Source of the DNA: an uncultured virus (IMG/VR IMGVR_UViG_3300043781_000019)
Taxonomy: Duplodnaviria; Heunggongvirae; Uroviricota; Caudoviricetes; Herelleviridae
DNA length: 64,000 nt
Virus record (IMG/VR): IMGVR_UViG_3300043781_000019
Direction: 5' to 3' (one strand)
The notes beneath the pieces were generated by a model that saw only the letters and a list, made by a program, of their open reading frames with translations, had not been told where the DNA came from and did no database searches. Positions 1 through 10,676 of the stretch are shown here, piece by piece. The stretch's first letter is position 1. Each line of letters begins with the position of its first letter. The position numbers were made by a program, and so were the translations under genes.

Positions 1-2456
1 GACTTTAATAATTGGTTAGCACTATCAACATTGCCCTTAGCATCTACATATGAAGGTGCCCATGTGCTAGGTGCATTACCTGCAATAAACAGTGTATTGA
101 AATTATAGTTGTCTGTACTTACTTTTGCATAACTAGCATTTGTAGGGGCTATTCCATTATTAGTAACATCACCTGTTCCTGTTTGCTCTGTGCCACTAAT
201 AAAACTCTTATTACTATCATACCACATTACACTTAGCTTTATTGTTCCAGTATCTCCATAAACCTTTGCAGAGTATGCTGTTCCTGCGGTTACCGCTACA
301 TAGTCACTAATAATACCATTGGTAGATGCAGAACTACTACCATTGTTACCATTCATATACTGGCCTTTAGTGGCAGTCTTTAAAACAAATTGATTAGTAT
401 GCCCTAAAGCCGTTCCAGATAGAGAGTCGTTAACAATACCAGTAACATCTGTTTCTGATACTCCACCTGATATTTGATTGGCCATCACGTTTAACTGGCC
501 TTGCATAACCGATAGAGAGTCACTATGCTTTTGGATATTCTCAGCACTTAATGCAATCTTAGTACTAGTTTCTTTAATGGCTGTGGCTTGGTGGTCAATA
601 TCTTGTCCATACTCTGCTAAAGTCTGAATGTTTTTATCAGCAACCTGCTTTAACACAACTGCTTCTTGTTTAAAGTAAGCTTTTATTTTATTTGCTAAGG
701 TTTCGCCATCAATTGCAATTGTTGAATTATCTGCAAAAATATTATTTGTTTGTATATAGGTATTAAGGTCATTGTAAGCCCCATCAAGTGTGCTATGGTC
801 TACCTTTACTGCATCAGCACTAGATACATCATTAGGGTACTGATTCTGTATCTGTGTCCACACATGCCCAAGAGTGGCCTTATCTGCCCCTGTAAGATAG
901 TCTTCACTAGTTGCTTGTGAAACTTGCGTAAGCGCGTTCCCTACATCTTCTCCGGCTTGTACAGCCTTATCATACCCATCCTGCGCAAGCTTTCTTAAAG
1001 TGGCAACTATAGCCGTATTGACATTAAAAGAAGCATTGTAATAGTTAGAAAAATTCCTGTCCCACTCAGTAGGATCAACAGTTGTATCCCCGCCAGCATT
1101 TAAAATTGGTTCCAAGTATGCTGACAAAGTGTTATAAGACGTATCTAAGGAGCTATGGTCAACACTATTAGTCTCTGCCTGTGCAACCGTGGCTGGATAT
1201 TCAGTTTGTATTTGCAACCATATTGTTCTGGTGGCTTTCTTGTCAGCCCCAGAAATAATGCCGTCACTTGCCATATTGTCAATAGTCTTTTTAACATCTG
1301 TATAGCTATCCTGAAGGCTTTTTAAGCTGTCATCGTAAGGCTTTAATTGATTATTAATAGCAGCTGGAAGTTCATCTGTACTTACTTTTGTAGCAATTTC
1401 ATTAGCATTAACAGTTATCTGAGCCTTATTCTCTTTGACACCGTTCTGTGTCTTAGTAATAGCGTCCCATACACCACTAAGATCAGTATCAACAGTAAAC
1501 TTTGTACCGTCTAAGTTATAAATACCATCGGGTTTAAGAACCAAACCTGTAGACTGAGATCTTATCGTTACATAGCCATTATTATCAATGAGAAACTCAC
1601 TTGATTTTGACCCAGTGCCGAATATCTTGGAATCTTCCTGCCTACGTAGCCTTATTTGGCCGTCAGGAGTTTCTTCAAAGTAGGTACGCCAATCTTGATC
1701 ATCCTGCATCATAGATACACGATAGTCACCATCCTGCCCTATATAAACATAGTAAGCATGATTATCTTTCGTACCATCAGAATTAATATTTCCTCTGTGC
1801 CCATATATGACTTCAGGAGCGTTTTGAACTATAGCATTTCTAGACTGACCACTACTATCTGAATTTCCAGGAATGTTTTGTGCGTTAATAGGAGTATCGC
1901 CATCATCTGTAACATGAGATACAGCAGGAACATCCGGGCGTACCAACATAAAGGTATTACCAGAAAATTTTAAGGTAAGATTTCCTCTACCATCATGAAT
2001 ATTGTATCCTTGATCAGGATAAACAATTGTTCGTTTGTTAGCAGTTGCATAATTTGAAAAGTCAGCAGGTTCATAGTGTTGAGAAGCCTGATCCGTTAAT
2101 TCTGATGCTATTTTAGTATCTGGGTATCTTGAAATCACAATCGGCTTGGCTGCATCGGATTCAAGAAGTCCAATCAGAACAATATCGCCAACATGAATCG
2201 GATTTATAACCCCGTAAGATCTGCCAAATCCGTTACGACCTGCAAACTCGCTTGGCAAAAGTGCTTGATTTGTTCCCCTTGTTGCTGGGCGACTTGTACT
2301 ATTAGTTGTAACAGGAACAAATATAACATAGTTTTCTTTGTAGTTAATATCAGTTACCCTTGCAATTAGCAATGTTGAAACAATACTGTCACTAGACTCT
2401 ACTAATTTTGATCCTAGACTTGACTGTATTCTTGATGATTTCCCTTTTAGCTCCAA
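1..2456 (-). CDS. Baseplate/tail spike-fibre protein, 3' end outside window
   Basis: Frame from TTG at 2456 (MELKGKSSRIQSSLG...LLIARVTDINYK) resembles the gene that follows the tail lysin in K/Twort-like phages; two internal helical repeats (GADK..W.QIQ..YP); absent from the ORF track because truncated. Confidence 0.65.
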   Translation of the reverse strand, partial: MELKGKSSRIQSSLGSKLVESSDSIVSTLLIARVTDINYKENYVIFVPVTTNSTSRPATRGTNQALLPSEFAGRNGFGRSYGVINPIHVGDIVLIGLLESDAAKPIVISRYPDTKIASELTDQASQHYEPADFSNYATANKRTIVYPDQGYNIHDGRGNLTLKFSGNTFMLVRPDVPAVSHVTDDGDTPINAQNIPGNSDSSGQSRNAIVQNAPEVIYGHRGNINSDGTKDNHAYYVYIGQDGDYRVSMMQDDQDWRTYFEETPDGQIRLRRQEDSKIFGTGSKSSEFLIDNNGYVTIRSQSTGLVLKPDGIYNLDGTKFTVDTDLSGVWDAITKTQNGVKENKAQITVNANEIATKVSTDELPAAINNQLKPYDDSLKSLQDSYTDVKKTIDNMASDGIISGADKKATRTIWLQIQTEYPATVAQAETNSVDHSSLDTSYNTLSAYLEPILNAGGDTTVDPTEWDRNFSNYYNASFNVNTAIVATLRKLAQDGYDKAVQAGEDVGNALTQVSQATSEDYLTGADKATLGHVWTQIQNQYPNDVSSADAVKVDHSTLDGAYNDLNTYIQTNNIFADNSTIAIDGETLANKIKAYFKQEAVVLKQVADKNIQTLAEYGQDIDHQATAIKETSTKIALSAENIQKHSDSLSVMQGQLNVMANQISGGVSETDVTGIVNDSLSGTALGHTNQFVLKTATKGQYMNGNNGSSSASTNGIISDYVAVTAGTAYSAKVYGDTGTIKLSVMWYDSNKSFISGTEQTGTGDVTNNGIAPTNASYAKVSTDNYNFNTLFIAGNAPSTWAPSYVDAKGNVDSANQLLK

Positions 2457-2460
2457 AAAA

Positions 2461-5400
2461 TTATCCCTTCAATCTTAAAACATATCCATCATGAGATCCC
2501 TGCATATCTGACAGGGTGACTATCTTACAACCACCACTTGTATCTGTTGGGGGGTTGCCATTCCAACCCATTAATTTTCCTCCACCAACGTAAAACATAA
2601 TATGGTTACAACCATAAAGCAAGACACAATCACCAATTTTCATTCCATCTGTGCTCGTAGACGGAATAGGAACATGCGTGAACAATGAACTATCATTAAA
2701 TGTCCAAGTAGTACCATTAATATTAAGACCAACATGGTTAAAACAAGCAGATATAAATCCTGAACAGTCAAGCTTTATTGGATCTTCACTTGACTCCAAG
2801 ATGTTACCACCGCCATGGCCGCCACCCCATACATACCACTCAGATCTTTTGCACTTAGACTTTTCAAAAGTTGCCCCATACTTAGCAGCTTTTACCGCCG
2901 TTGCTGGGCCAGCATCACCTGAAAATGCACCGGATCCATCAGAGCTATCATTTCCATCTCCACCAGATCCATCAATAGCAAGGTAGTTAACAGGAGCTTC
3001 ACCCATATACCCACCTTGGTAATCTATTCCAGTACCCCACATATATGTAGCCGTGAATCTCGGATCATATTGACCGTCTTGATATGTAAGTCCTCTAGTA
3101 ACGCCAATCTCTGTTTGAAAACCTTCTGTAAAGGAGAAAGTGTGCGATACTGACTCAATATAATATCTAATGTGGTCATAGGCATCATTTAATATTGTAC
3201 CAATTCTTATATCAGGATCTCCAAGGATTGTAATAGTCCCTGACAAAAAATTAACGTTGTTGGCATACCAGTTATACAAAGTTGTTTGAAAAAAGTCTGT
3301 GTCTAATAATGAACTAGTTGACTTTTCACCAGAATCTGTCTTGTCATAGTTCTTAACTGCTGTATCATATGCCTTCTTATCTATTTTACCACTTTCTGCT
3401 GCATTATAGATAGCAGTTAGCTCTTCATCAGAAACGTTTTTAAAGTAGGGCTTCGATTTAGTAAGAAAATCAGACAAATTACTAGAACTCTTAATAAACT
3501 TTGAAACCTCTGTATAGCTAAGCTTATGCGTACCTGTATTTGCCTGACCCCCGCCTTGGTCTGTATTCATAATATCCTTATAAACAACTTCGGTAAGATT
3601 ATAAGCATTGCTAATGTATGCATTAACTAACCTGCTTGCTTGGAACATTGAAATATTATTAGACTTATTTGCAAGCTCCTGTGAGTAAGTCAAGGGCTTC
3701 TGTGTCAAATTAGTCTTGCTTGTCGTTGTGCTTAGAAACTCAACAACCTTTTCATAGTCGTACATAGTTCCTTTTTCATTATTTGTGCTTTTGGCTTTTT
3801 TAATATCACCGCCATTAATACTATAGTCTTTGTCATCAGCACCTGTTACATATAGATCAGAAACCTCCATTTTAGCATATCCATAAACCTTTATTAGGTC
3901 TAAGTTTGTTTTTGGAAAGCTACCGAATGCTAATGAGTCAACACCTATAGATAAAAGTCCACTAGCAGGGTTATCAACAAAAACAGAATACTGTTCCCTA
4001 GCAGATCTGCTAACTTGCTTAGTAATAATAGCATCGTTACCTATTGTTACTTGCTGTAAGTTATACCAATCTTCTGGGTTAAATGGTGTACGCCTTACTG
4101 TAAACTTTGAAATGCCATCTGAAGTTGAATCAAAGAACATCTCGTTAAATGGCTGTCGTTGTGCAGCTTGCATCAACTCATACAAAGTACCAGAAAAGTT
4201 AACGAAATTTGAACTGTCTTTTAGCTTCTCATAAGTATCCCATGATGTCATGTTACTATAGTCAAGAAAGCTCCATATAGTGTAGCCATTATTATCATAG
4301 TTTAAAATAATGTATGGCTTAAACCTCTCAATAAGAGCACTCTCAATACCTGCTACGTTATTGTCATAAAAAGCAACACCGCCATTTGGACTAGCAGCTT
4401 TTTCAGCAGCAATAGCAGCATCTGTTGTAGTACCATCACCATCATCACTTGACCCTGATGATGTGCTTGAACTTCCAGACGTTGACCCTGAGGTAGAGCT
4501 ACTCTGCCCCGTTATTTGCTTATACCATGTATTAAGACCTGCTGCATATTGACCTACATCTGCTTCAAAATAATGTGCAGCCTTCAACCCTTTAGCAAAA
4601 TCATAAACAGTTTTAGCACTAGATAAGGCATTACCTGTACTCTTGTCATCCTTAGCTAAAGTGTTACTCATAGCTAGCGCCCAGTATGCCTTACTCTTAA
4701 AATGTGCATAAGCACCACCTGCACCATCAGTTGCGTTAGACCCTGATGTTGCTCCTTCTTGATTGGCATACTTTATTCCTGAGAAGTTGTTATCGTTCTT
4801 AGCAGCATAGGAGTTACCGTCAAGACTACCTACTTCAACACCAACTTGAGCAAGAATAAACTCCCATTTAATGCCAGTCTTACTACCTATCTGCTTGCAC
4901 AATGTCTTTAATTGTTCAGATGTTGCCCCAGATCCTGCATCAAAGTCCCCTACACTTGCTCCAGAACCGCCAGAATCGCCAGAGTCGCCACTACCTGTAT
5001 ATGCGTCTGGAGAAATGGAACTATCCCATAGCCATCCCATCCCGGATAATTGTTGCTCAACTTCTGAAATCATACCAATACGAAACTGAGAAAACACCTT
5101 AGAAAAGCTTTGCCCGGTTACTTGCACCATTTCTGAATTTGAAGAATATTCACCATCAATAGCTACTTCGGATACAATTCCGGTCATAATGTTGTTGTTA
5201 ACAGTAGCTGTTACACCTTTATTTAACAAATCTTCATTGCTATCAATCCTGATTACAATAATATCATTCTCGCTAATAACGTTGTCCCATCGAACACCAT
5301 TGTTTCTTCTTAAAGGAAGGACAACGGAAAAGGTTGCAGAATCATCAGACATGTTGTTTGTTGTTTTAAAAGAGATAATGTCAGAGTTAAAAGCATTTTG

Positions 5401-5526
5401 ATCTGCATTAGCCTGTGTCGCGTTATTCTCCCCAGCATTTGACACCTTAAAAACAGAGTGTTCCGTATGTATGTATAGTGTAATAACTGGTAGCCTTAGC
5501 CTACCAAATCTTGCTTGATCTGCCAT
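2461..5526 (-). CDS. Tail-associated lysin/baseplate hub with glucosaminidase-like and C-terminal NlpC/P60 domains
   Basis: C-terminal YVWGG...LDCSGF...GD...H (NlpC/P60); internal AQ..VE...NNFSGIK domain between Ser/Gly linkers; follows the tape measure. Confidence 0.8.
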   Translation of the reverse strand: MADQARFGRLRLPVITLYIHTEHSVFKVSNAGENNATQANADQNAFNSDIISFKTTNNMSDDSATFSVVLPLRRNNGVRWDNVISENDIIVIRIDSNEDLLNKGVTATVNNNIMTGIVSEVAIDGEYSSNSEMVQVTGQSFSKVFSQFRIGMISEVEQQLSGMGWLWDSSISPDAYTGSGDSGDSGGSGASVGDFDAGSGATSEQLKTLCKQIGSKTGIKWEFILAQVGVEVGSLDGNSYAAKNDNNFSGIKYANQEGATSGSNATDGAGGAYAHFKSKAYWALAMSNTLAKDDKSTGNALSSAKTVYDFAKGLKAAHYFEADVGQYAAGLNTWYKQITGQSSSTSGSTSGSSSTSSGSSDDGDGTTTDAAIAAEKAASPNGGVAFYDNNVAGIESALIERFKPYIILNYDNNGYTIWSFLDYSNMTSWDTYEKLKDSSNFVNFSGTLYELMQAAQRQPFNEMFFDSTSDGISKFTVRRTPFNPEDWYNLQQVTIGNDAIITKQVSRSAREQYSVFVDNPASGLLSIGVDSLAFGSFPKTNLDLIKVYGYAKMEVSDLYVTGADDKDYSINGGDIKKAKSTNNEKGTMYDYEKVVEFLSTTTSKTNLTQKPLTYSQELANKSNNISMFQASRLVNAYISNAYNLTEVVYKDIMNTDQGGGQANTGTHKLSYTEVSKFIKSSSNLSDFLTKSKPYFKNVSDEELTAIYNAAESGKIDKKAYDTAVKNYDKTDSGEKSTSSLLDTDFFQTTLYNWYANNVNFLSGTITILGDPDIRIGTILNDAYDHIRYYIESVSHTFSFTEGFQTEIGVTRGLTYQDGQYDPRFTATYMWGTGIDYQGGYMGEAPVNYLAIDGSGGDGNDSSDGSGAFSGDAGPATAVKAAKYGATFEKSKCKRSEWYVWGGGHGGGNILESSEDPIKLDCSGFISACFNHVGLNINGTTWTFNDSSLFTHVPIPSTSTDGMKIGDCVLLYGCNHIMFYVGGGKLMGWNGNPPTDTSGGCKIVTLSDMQGSHDGYVLRLKG

Positions 5527-5536
5527 AATATCTTCC

Positions 5537-8392
5537 TTACCCGTGTACTATTTGTTTTCTATAATTGTCTGTAGCATCATTAAGAGCCGACTTAATCTTC
5601 TCTTGAAGATTACTTAGTGTATTGTTGTCAACCTGCCCATTAACATTTACTGTAACATTAGGGCTGTAACTACCACCTGAGTTAACCACATAGTTGCTAG
5701 GGGTCTTAGCTCTAACCCCTGTCATGTTGGCAATATCATTAACAACACGTTGTGTACTGTTTTGCTTAGCTGGATCACCAGGAACAACAAACTCTGGCTT
5801 ATTTAGCTCATCTATTTCAGTGTGCCCTTTAACAAGGCCGCCAAAAGCGCGGTGGCTCCTACTACTGCTCTTTACTGATTTATTTTTAGCACCACTATTT
5901 TTTCCATTACCAGCAAGAAGTGACTGTTGTTCCTTAGTGTACTTTAATCTATTGTCAACAATCTGTTTTTCCTTATCTAGTAAGGAGTTTTGCTGCTTAT
6001 ATGAAATATATTTTTGTGTAGATGAATAGCTAGACTTTGAAGAACTAGACTTCTTTTCTGCTGATTTTTTACTGCTACTCTTTTTCTTATCAGGATTTAC
6101 AAAGTCACGCAAACTTCCAGTTTTATTAGCATTAACACGATCTAATCCAAATAAACTACCAATAGACTTTATCGGGTGCATAAATGCATTACCCGGGTCT
6201 TTCATAATATCTCCAATTCCTCTAGCCGCGTCTACAGCCATAAGTGCTCCGCCAACATATGGAGCAGCCTTTAGTCCTTTACTACCAACCTTTGTAATAG
6301 CACCTAATCCCGGTATCTTGGACATAAGAGAAACGCCCTTGCCAGCAAGCTTACTAGCACCACCGACAATCTTGGAGAACAATCCAGTACTTTTAGTAGC
6401 TGCTCCAGCACCTTCAGCTACCTTACTACCACCAGAAAATAAGTTCTTAATGCCTGAGAATAAACCAGACCCACCTTTAGCTTCCTCTCCAAAGGATTTT
6501 CCAGTAAGTTTACTAATAACTGATTTGATGCCACCCCCACTAATATTAGTAACAATGCCTTTACCTAAGCCCTTAAACATTTCAAGACCAAGACCGCCAA
6601 TCATTGTTCCACCAATGGTACTTGTTAGCTGTTCAAACCAGTTATTACTTTGCTGGAAGTTGGATTGATTCTTTTCCTTACGAGAGTCTTTTTGATTAAT
6701 GGTACTCTGATCACTCTTATCATAGGTTTTGTTTTTGTTTTTCTCCTTAGCTTTCTTGTCCGCTTCTTGCGCACGCTTTTGCAATTGTTTATCGCTTAAT
6801 TTTCCGTCAGCAATCCCACTAGCCAAATCCTTTGCTGCTTGCGGTGCCATATTAGGAAAAAGCTTCTGCAATGAGACTGCGGTTCTTGCTAACCCATTCG
6901 GACCTGATTGTGCCTGCCTTTGAAACATCTTTCTAGCATCAGTAATGTTGTCAACATCGCTAAGACCCTTTGCTGCTTGAATTTCTGCATTAAGGTAACC
7001 CTTTAGTTCACCTTGTCCTTGTCCTTGCATAATGGAATAAAGTGCCCCCGGGTTTTGGCCCATAGAAGCGGCTGTCAAGGCACTGTTCATGCTTTGCTCA
7101 GCTGTTGCTCCTGCATTTCCTTTCCAACCACTGCCGAGACTAGACAGGGTTGATTGGTTATTAGCAAGGTTCTTAACACCTTGATTAGATAAACTTGTGC
7201 TTGTGCTAATTTGGTTTAAAAGTGTTGTTAATGTTTGGGTGTTTTGTTCATAGTTACCAGATTGTCCAGACATTGCATTGGCAGCTAAAACTGTAGAAAC
7301 AATATTTTTAATTCCTGTTTTACTTGTGTCACCACCAGCACCTGCAACAGAAGTTACTAAGTTCTTATAAGTGTCCTCACTAAGGTTACTCTTTCGACCC
7401 TCAGCCATTACACCAGCAACATCTTTGTTTGCTTCAGACATGCTCATAGCTTTACCCGGACGCCTAATAACTTGAGAATAAAAATCTAAAGCGTCTTGGG
7501 TTTTATATCCATACTGAGACCCCAACTTTTGAGCTTGACTTCTTACTTGATAATCAGTACCTCCACCAGTTAAGTAACCAATTTGAATAGCCTGCTGACC
7601 AGTCTGCTGGTTAATGGATCTGCCCTGCTGGTAGTAACCGCTAACCGCTTGTGCGGCACCCGCAGATATATGAACACCAGTCACATAACCACGCTGTCGC
7701 ATGTTATAGGCTAAACTATTTCTTTCTGGGTCAACTTGAACTCCCTGCAAAGATGAATCAAACTTGCCTATACTCTTGGTTGCTTGATCTATCTTTTTAA
7801 TAAAGTCACGTTGAGCCTTTATCTCCTGATTGTTTTCCCTTAACTTCTCATTATAGTAAACACGTTCATCCTTACTTGTAGCATTATCCCTGCTCTTTGC
7901 AAGAAGTCCCCGTGTCTTCATCATCTCATCTAAGTTTTTGCGTTGGTTACTGCTGTCATTACTAGCACTACCCAATATCTTTCTGTTAGCTTGATAATCA
8001 CGATATTGAGTATCCGTCATATGATTTCTTGATAAGGATTTGCTAACAATATTACTCTGGCTCTTTAAAACATCGCTAAGGCTTTTAATGTTGCTATTAA
8101 GGGAATCCATATTGTTACTATAGCTAGAGTTGATGCCAGATGTGTTGTACTCTCTGTGGTAAGCCTGCTGACTATTACCAGTAATATACCGTGCACGGTC
8201 ACTCATTTTTCCCACAATTGAATAAGCCTGCTTTAACTGGTCAGTTACCTTACTCCACTCGTTAAAAGCATCTTGAGCCGCGCCTTTACTAGCACTACCA
8301 GTTTTCTTAAACTGGTTTTCTGCTTCCTTGGCCTTTCGTATAGCATCATCATTTTTTGCTTGTAAATTAAAATTTATCTGTCTATCTGGCAT
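5537..8392 (-). CDS. Tape measure / tail morphogenetic protein
   Basis: 951 aa, Ala/Gly/Gln/Lys-rich, follows chaperone genes. Confidence 0.75.
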   Translation of the reverse strand: MPDRQINFNLQAKNDDAIRKAKEAENQFKKTGSASKGAAQDAFNEWSKVTDQLKQAYSIVGKMSDRARYITGNSQQAYHREYNTSGINSSYSNNMDSLNSNIKSLSDVLKSQSNIVSKSLSRNHMTDTQYRDYQANRKILGSASNDSSNQRKNLDEMMKTRGLLAKSRDNATSKDERVYYNEKLRENNQEIKAQRDFIKKIDQATKSIGKFDSSLQGVQVDPERNSLAYNMRQRGYVTGVHISAGAAQAVSGYYQQGRSINQQTGQQAIQIGYLTGGGTDYQVRSQAQKLGSQYGYKTQDALDFYSQVIRRPGKAMSMSEANKDVAGVMAEGRKSNLSEDTYKNLVTSVAGAGGDTSKTGIKNIVSTVLAANAMSGQSGNYEQNTQTLTTLLNQISTSTSLSNQGVKNLANNQSTLSSLGSGWKGNAGATAEQSMNSALTAASMGQNPGALYSIMQGQGQGELKGYLNAEIQAAKGLSDVDNITDARKMFQRQAQSGPNGLARTAVSLQKLFPNMAPQAAKDLASGIADGKLSDKQLQKRAQEADKKAKEKNKNKTYDKSDQSTINQKDSRKEKNQSNFQQSNNWFEQLTSTIGGTMIGGLGLEMFKGLGKGIVTNISGGGIKSVISKLTGKSFGEEAKGGSGLFSGIKNLFSGGSKVAEGAGAATKSTGLFSKIVGGASKLAGKGVSLMSKIPGLGAITKVGSKGLKAAPYVGGALMAVDAARGIGDIMKDPGNAFMHPIKSIGSLFGLDRVNANKTGSLRDFVNPDKKKSSSKKSAEKKSSSSKSSYSSTQKYISYKQQNSLLDKEKQIVDNRLKYTKEQQSLLAGNGKNSGAKNKSVKSSSRSHRAFGGLVKGHTEIDELNKPEFVVPGDPAKQNSTQRVVNDIANMTGVRAKTPSNYVVNSGGSYSPNVTVNVNGQVDNNTLSNLQEKIKSALNDATDNYRKQIVHG

Positions 8393-8398
8393 CTAACT

Positions 8399-9082
8399 TC
8401 ACCCTTTAGTATTAAGACCAGCAAGGGCCTTCTTAGTGTTTTCCTTAGCAAGTTCAAATAATCGTTGTTGCTCCTTTGAACTTTCTTTCTCAATTTCTTC
8501 TGAGTTTTTGCTGCTAAGAGAATCCTTTAACTCCTGATTCTGCCTGTACTCATCAAGCTTCTTAGGATCATTAGCAATCTTTCTAACATAGTCACTCTGT
8601 GCTTTAATTGCAGCTTTTATAGAAGGTGTGTCATCCTTATGATCCTTAACTGCTTGAAGCTTACTCTTTAACTTTTCACTAGTTGCTTTATCCATAATAT
8701 CATCAAGTTGCTTCTTTAAATCCTCATCAGATTGCTTATCACCAGCGAATAGATCATTGTTTTCTGGGTCATTCCACCATGACTCATCAGAGTCATAATA
8801 TTGCTTAGAATTATCGTAGTCAATTTCCATACCTTTTTGAGCGGCTTTGTATGCACGGTTTTCCTCGTCTGCATCCATTCTCATTTCCCACAAAACAAAA
8901 TCAATTTGGTTATTGTCTAAAGGTAGCATATTTATACCGCCTGATTCCGTTACCTGTGCTGGGATAGAACTGAATTTCTTCATTATAGCCCATAAGTTTC
9001 GACTATAATTCATAGAAGCTAACTGCCTAATACCTCCAGCTTTTTTTATCCTAGTAGCGAAATCGACTTGCGAACTCATCAA
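8399..9082 (-). CDS. Tail assembly chaperone, second (GT-like) ORF
   Basis: Overlaps the upstream chaperone in the +1 frame, directly before the tape measure. Confidence 0.6.
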   Translation of the reverse strand: MMSSQVDFATRIKKAGGIRQLASMNYSRNLWAIMKKFSSIPAQVTESGGINMLPLDNNQIDFVLWEMRMDADEENRAYKAAQKGMEIDYDNSKQYYDSDESWWNDPENNDLFAGDKQSDEDLKKQLDDIMDKATSEKLKSKLQAVKDHKDDTPSIKAAIKAQSDYVRKIANDPKKLDEYRQNQELKDSLSSKNSEEIEKESSKEQQRLFELAKENTKKALAGLNTKG

Positions 9083-9626
9083 AATCTAGGTATATTTGAT
9101 AGAGCCAATCAAAAGTTACTGGATAAATATTGTCAGGGTCTTTAAACATATCTGGAACCTTCTTGCCGCAAACTTGAAGTAAGGCAATTGCATAATAGCA
9201 TCCTCTTGTATAGTCATCCCATGTTGAAGCCGTACCTACTAAGTATTGCTGAACCTTGGCCAAAATAGCCCCCTGCTCCATTGCGTTTGGCATTTTTATA
9301 GCTACATCAAAGGATACCCCCTCCTCCTTGTAGTTATAGGAATGAGTAAATAGATCATTCTGACCCTTAACAATGACATCTACTAGCTTATTCTTTTCAT
9401 CAAGATCCTTACCTACTAAAACCGTTTTTTCTTCTGGACTAAGGTTATCGCCTTTTTCTTGCCTGTCCTTAATAGATTTAGTTTGAATATCTGTATAGTT
9501 ATCAGTGTCAACCATCTTTTCTTCCTCTGGCTGATGCTCTTTAAGGATTTTCTTGTCTTCTAAAGATAATGAACTAAACCCTTTGCTGTTAAGTAATGCT
9601 ACAACTTCATCATATGTTTTTGCCAA
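9051..9626 (-). CDS. Tail assembly chaperone (G-like)
   Basis: Synteny tube-chaperone-tape measure; likely TTG start at 9626 after AAAGGTGA. Confidence 0.6.
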   Translation of the reverse strand: MAKTYDEVVALLNSKGFSSLSLEDKKILKEHQPEEEKMVDTDNYTDIQTKSIKDRQEKGDNLSPEEKTVLVGKDLDEKNKLVDVIVKGQNDLFTHSYNYKEEGVSFDVAIKMPNAMEQGAILAKVQQYLVGTASTWDDYTRGCYYAIALLQVCGKKVPDMFKDPDNIYPVTFDWLYQIYLDFDEFASRFRY

Positions 9627-10122
9627 TTTTATCACCTTTTGTTTTAGTTATTATTGTTAATAAGTCATTCCAGTAAATCCTTGATCCATCCGCAACTGCC
9701 ATAAAGGGCCTATCAAGCTCATTGACGCCCCTTTGAGGAACTACGGTTACCCGGTCATAGCCCATAAAGTGTAGTAGTCGTCTTATATACTCAACTTTAC
9801 TCTCCACGGTAAGCAAGGAAAAAGTAGGCATAAATACTAAGGAATTCAAAATGTACTCTCTGCTTGCATTCATACATAATCTAGAAAACAGCCCCGTTTT
9901 ATCACTAAATACAACTCTGAAATCACTTTTATACCTATAGATATTCCTTATTTTCCGATAAAATGGGTTGTCACCGTCAGCATAGCTTCTAACTATGTAA
10001 CCAATACTAGAATTTCTTACCTTCCTAGCGGTTTGACTACTAATATGGTATCTATTACTAAGTTTTGAAATGCTTCTATTACTATTTTTCAAATCAATAG
10101 ATTCTTCATATCTTAATTTCAT
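9610..10122 (-). CDS. Hypothetical basic protein
   Basis: ORF with AAAGGAGG RBS before MKLRYEE. Confidence 0.55.
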   Translation of the reverse strand: MKLRYEESIDLKNSNRSISKLSNRYHISSQTARKVRNSSIGYIVRSYADGDNPFYRKIRNIYRYKSDFRVVFSDKTGLFSRLCMNASREYILNSLVFMPTFSLLTVESKVEYIRRLLHFMGYDRVTVVPQRGVNELDRPFMAVADGSRIYWNDLLTIITKTKGDKIGKNI

Positions 10123-10160
10123 CAATTTTCCTCCTTTCTCAATTATATCACAATTTTGCA

Positions 10161-10186
10161 TAAAAAAAGGAGGCATTAGCCTCCTT
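10161..10186 (-). terminator. Intrinsic terminator after tail tube
   Basis: aaggaggc-atta-gcctcctt hairpin with U tract on - strand. Confidence 0.65.
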
Positions 10187-10195
10187 AATATATTA

Positions 10196-10648
10196 CTAGG
10201 ATTCAACCGTACTTGCTTTAAGAAACATCATATTAAGTGTTTCCGTTACAATTTCATTGGCTCTAGTAGACATGCTATAGCTACTACCTGTGCAACCAAG
10301 GTAAGCAGCAACAACCCGACCACTATTAACATAATCTTTAATTACAACATTGACAGTACCAGTCGTTAAAATATCTGCGCCCAATCCTGCAAGGCCTAAA
10401 TCTGCTAATGACTTCTTGCTAAGCATCGCTCGTTCAAGAGTAAGTGTGCCTTCATACCTAAGGTATACATGCTCTTGTGGGAAAATGTCGCCGATCTCAT
10501 AAACACCTTGTGTGCCATATTGGATTTCAGAAGAAGCGTTAGACGCTCTACCAATGCGAACACCATCAAAGGTGATCTCAATCATGTTAGCAGAGACAGT
10601 TTCCTGACCAACACCGCCACCACGTGTTTTAGTTCCTAAATATGCCAT
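10196..10648 (-). CDS. Tail tube protein
   Basis: QYGTQGVYEIGDIFPQEHVYLRYEGTLT, typical of K/Twort-like tubes; follows sheath. Confidence 0.9.
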   Translation of the reverse strand: MAYLGTKTRGGGVGQETVSANMIEITFDGVRIGRASNASSEIQYGTQGVYEIGDIFPQEHVYLRYEGTLTLERAMLSKKSLADLGLAGLGADILTTGTVNVVIKDYVNSGRVVAAYLGCTGSSYSMSTRANEIVTETLNMMFLKASTVES

Positions 10649-10676
10649 CTATATCCTGCTTTCTAACTTATTGAAA

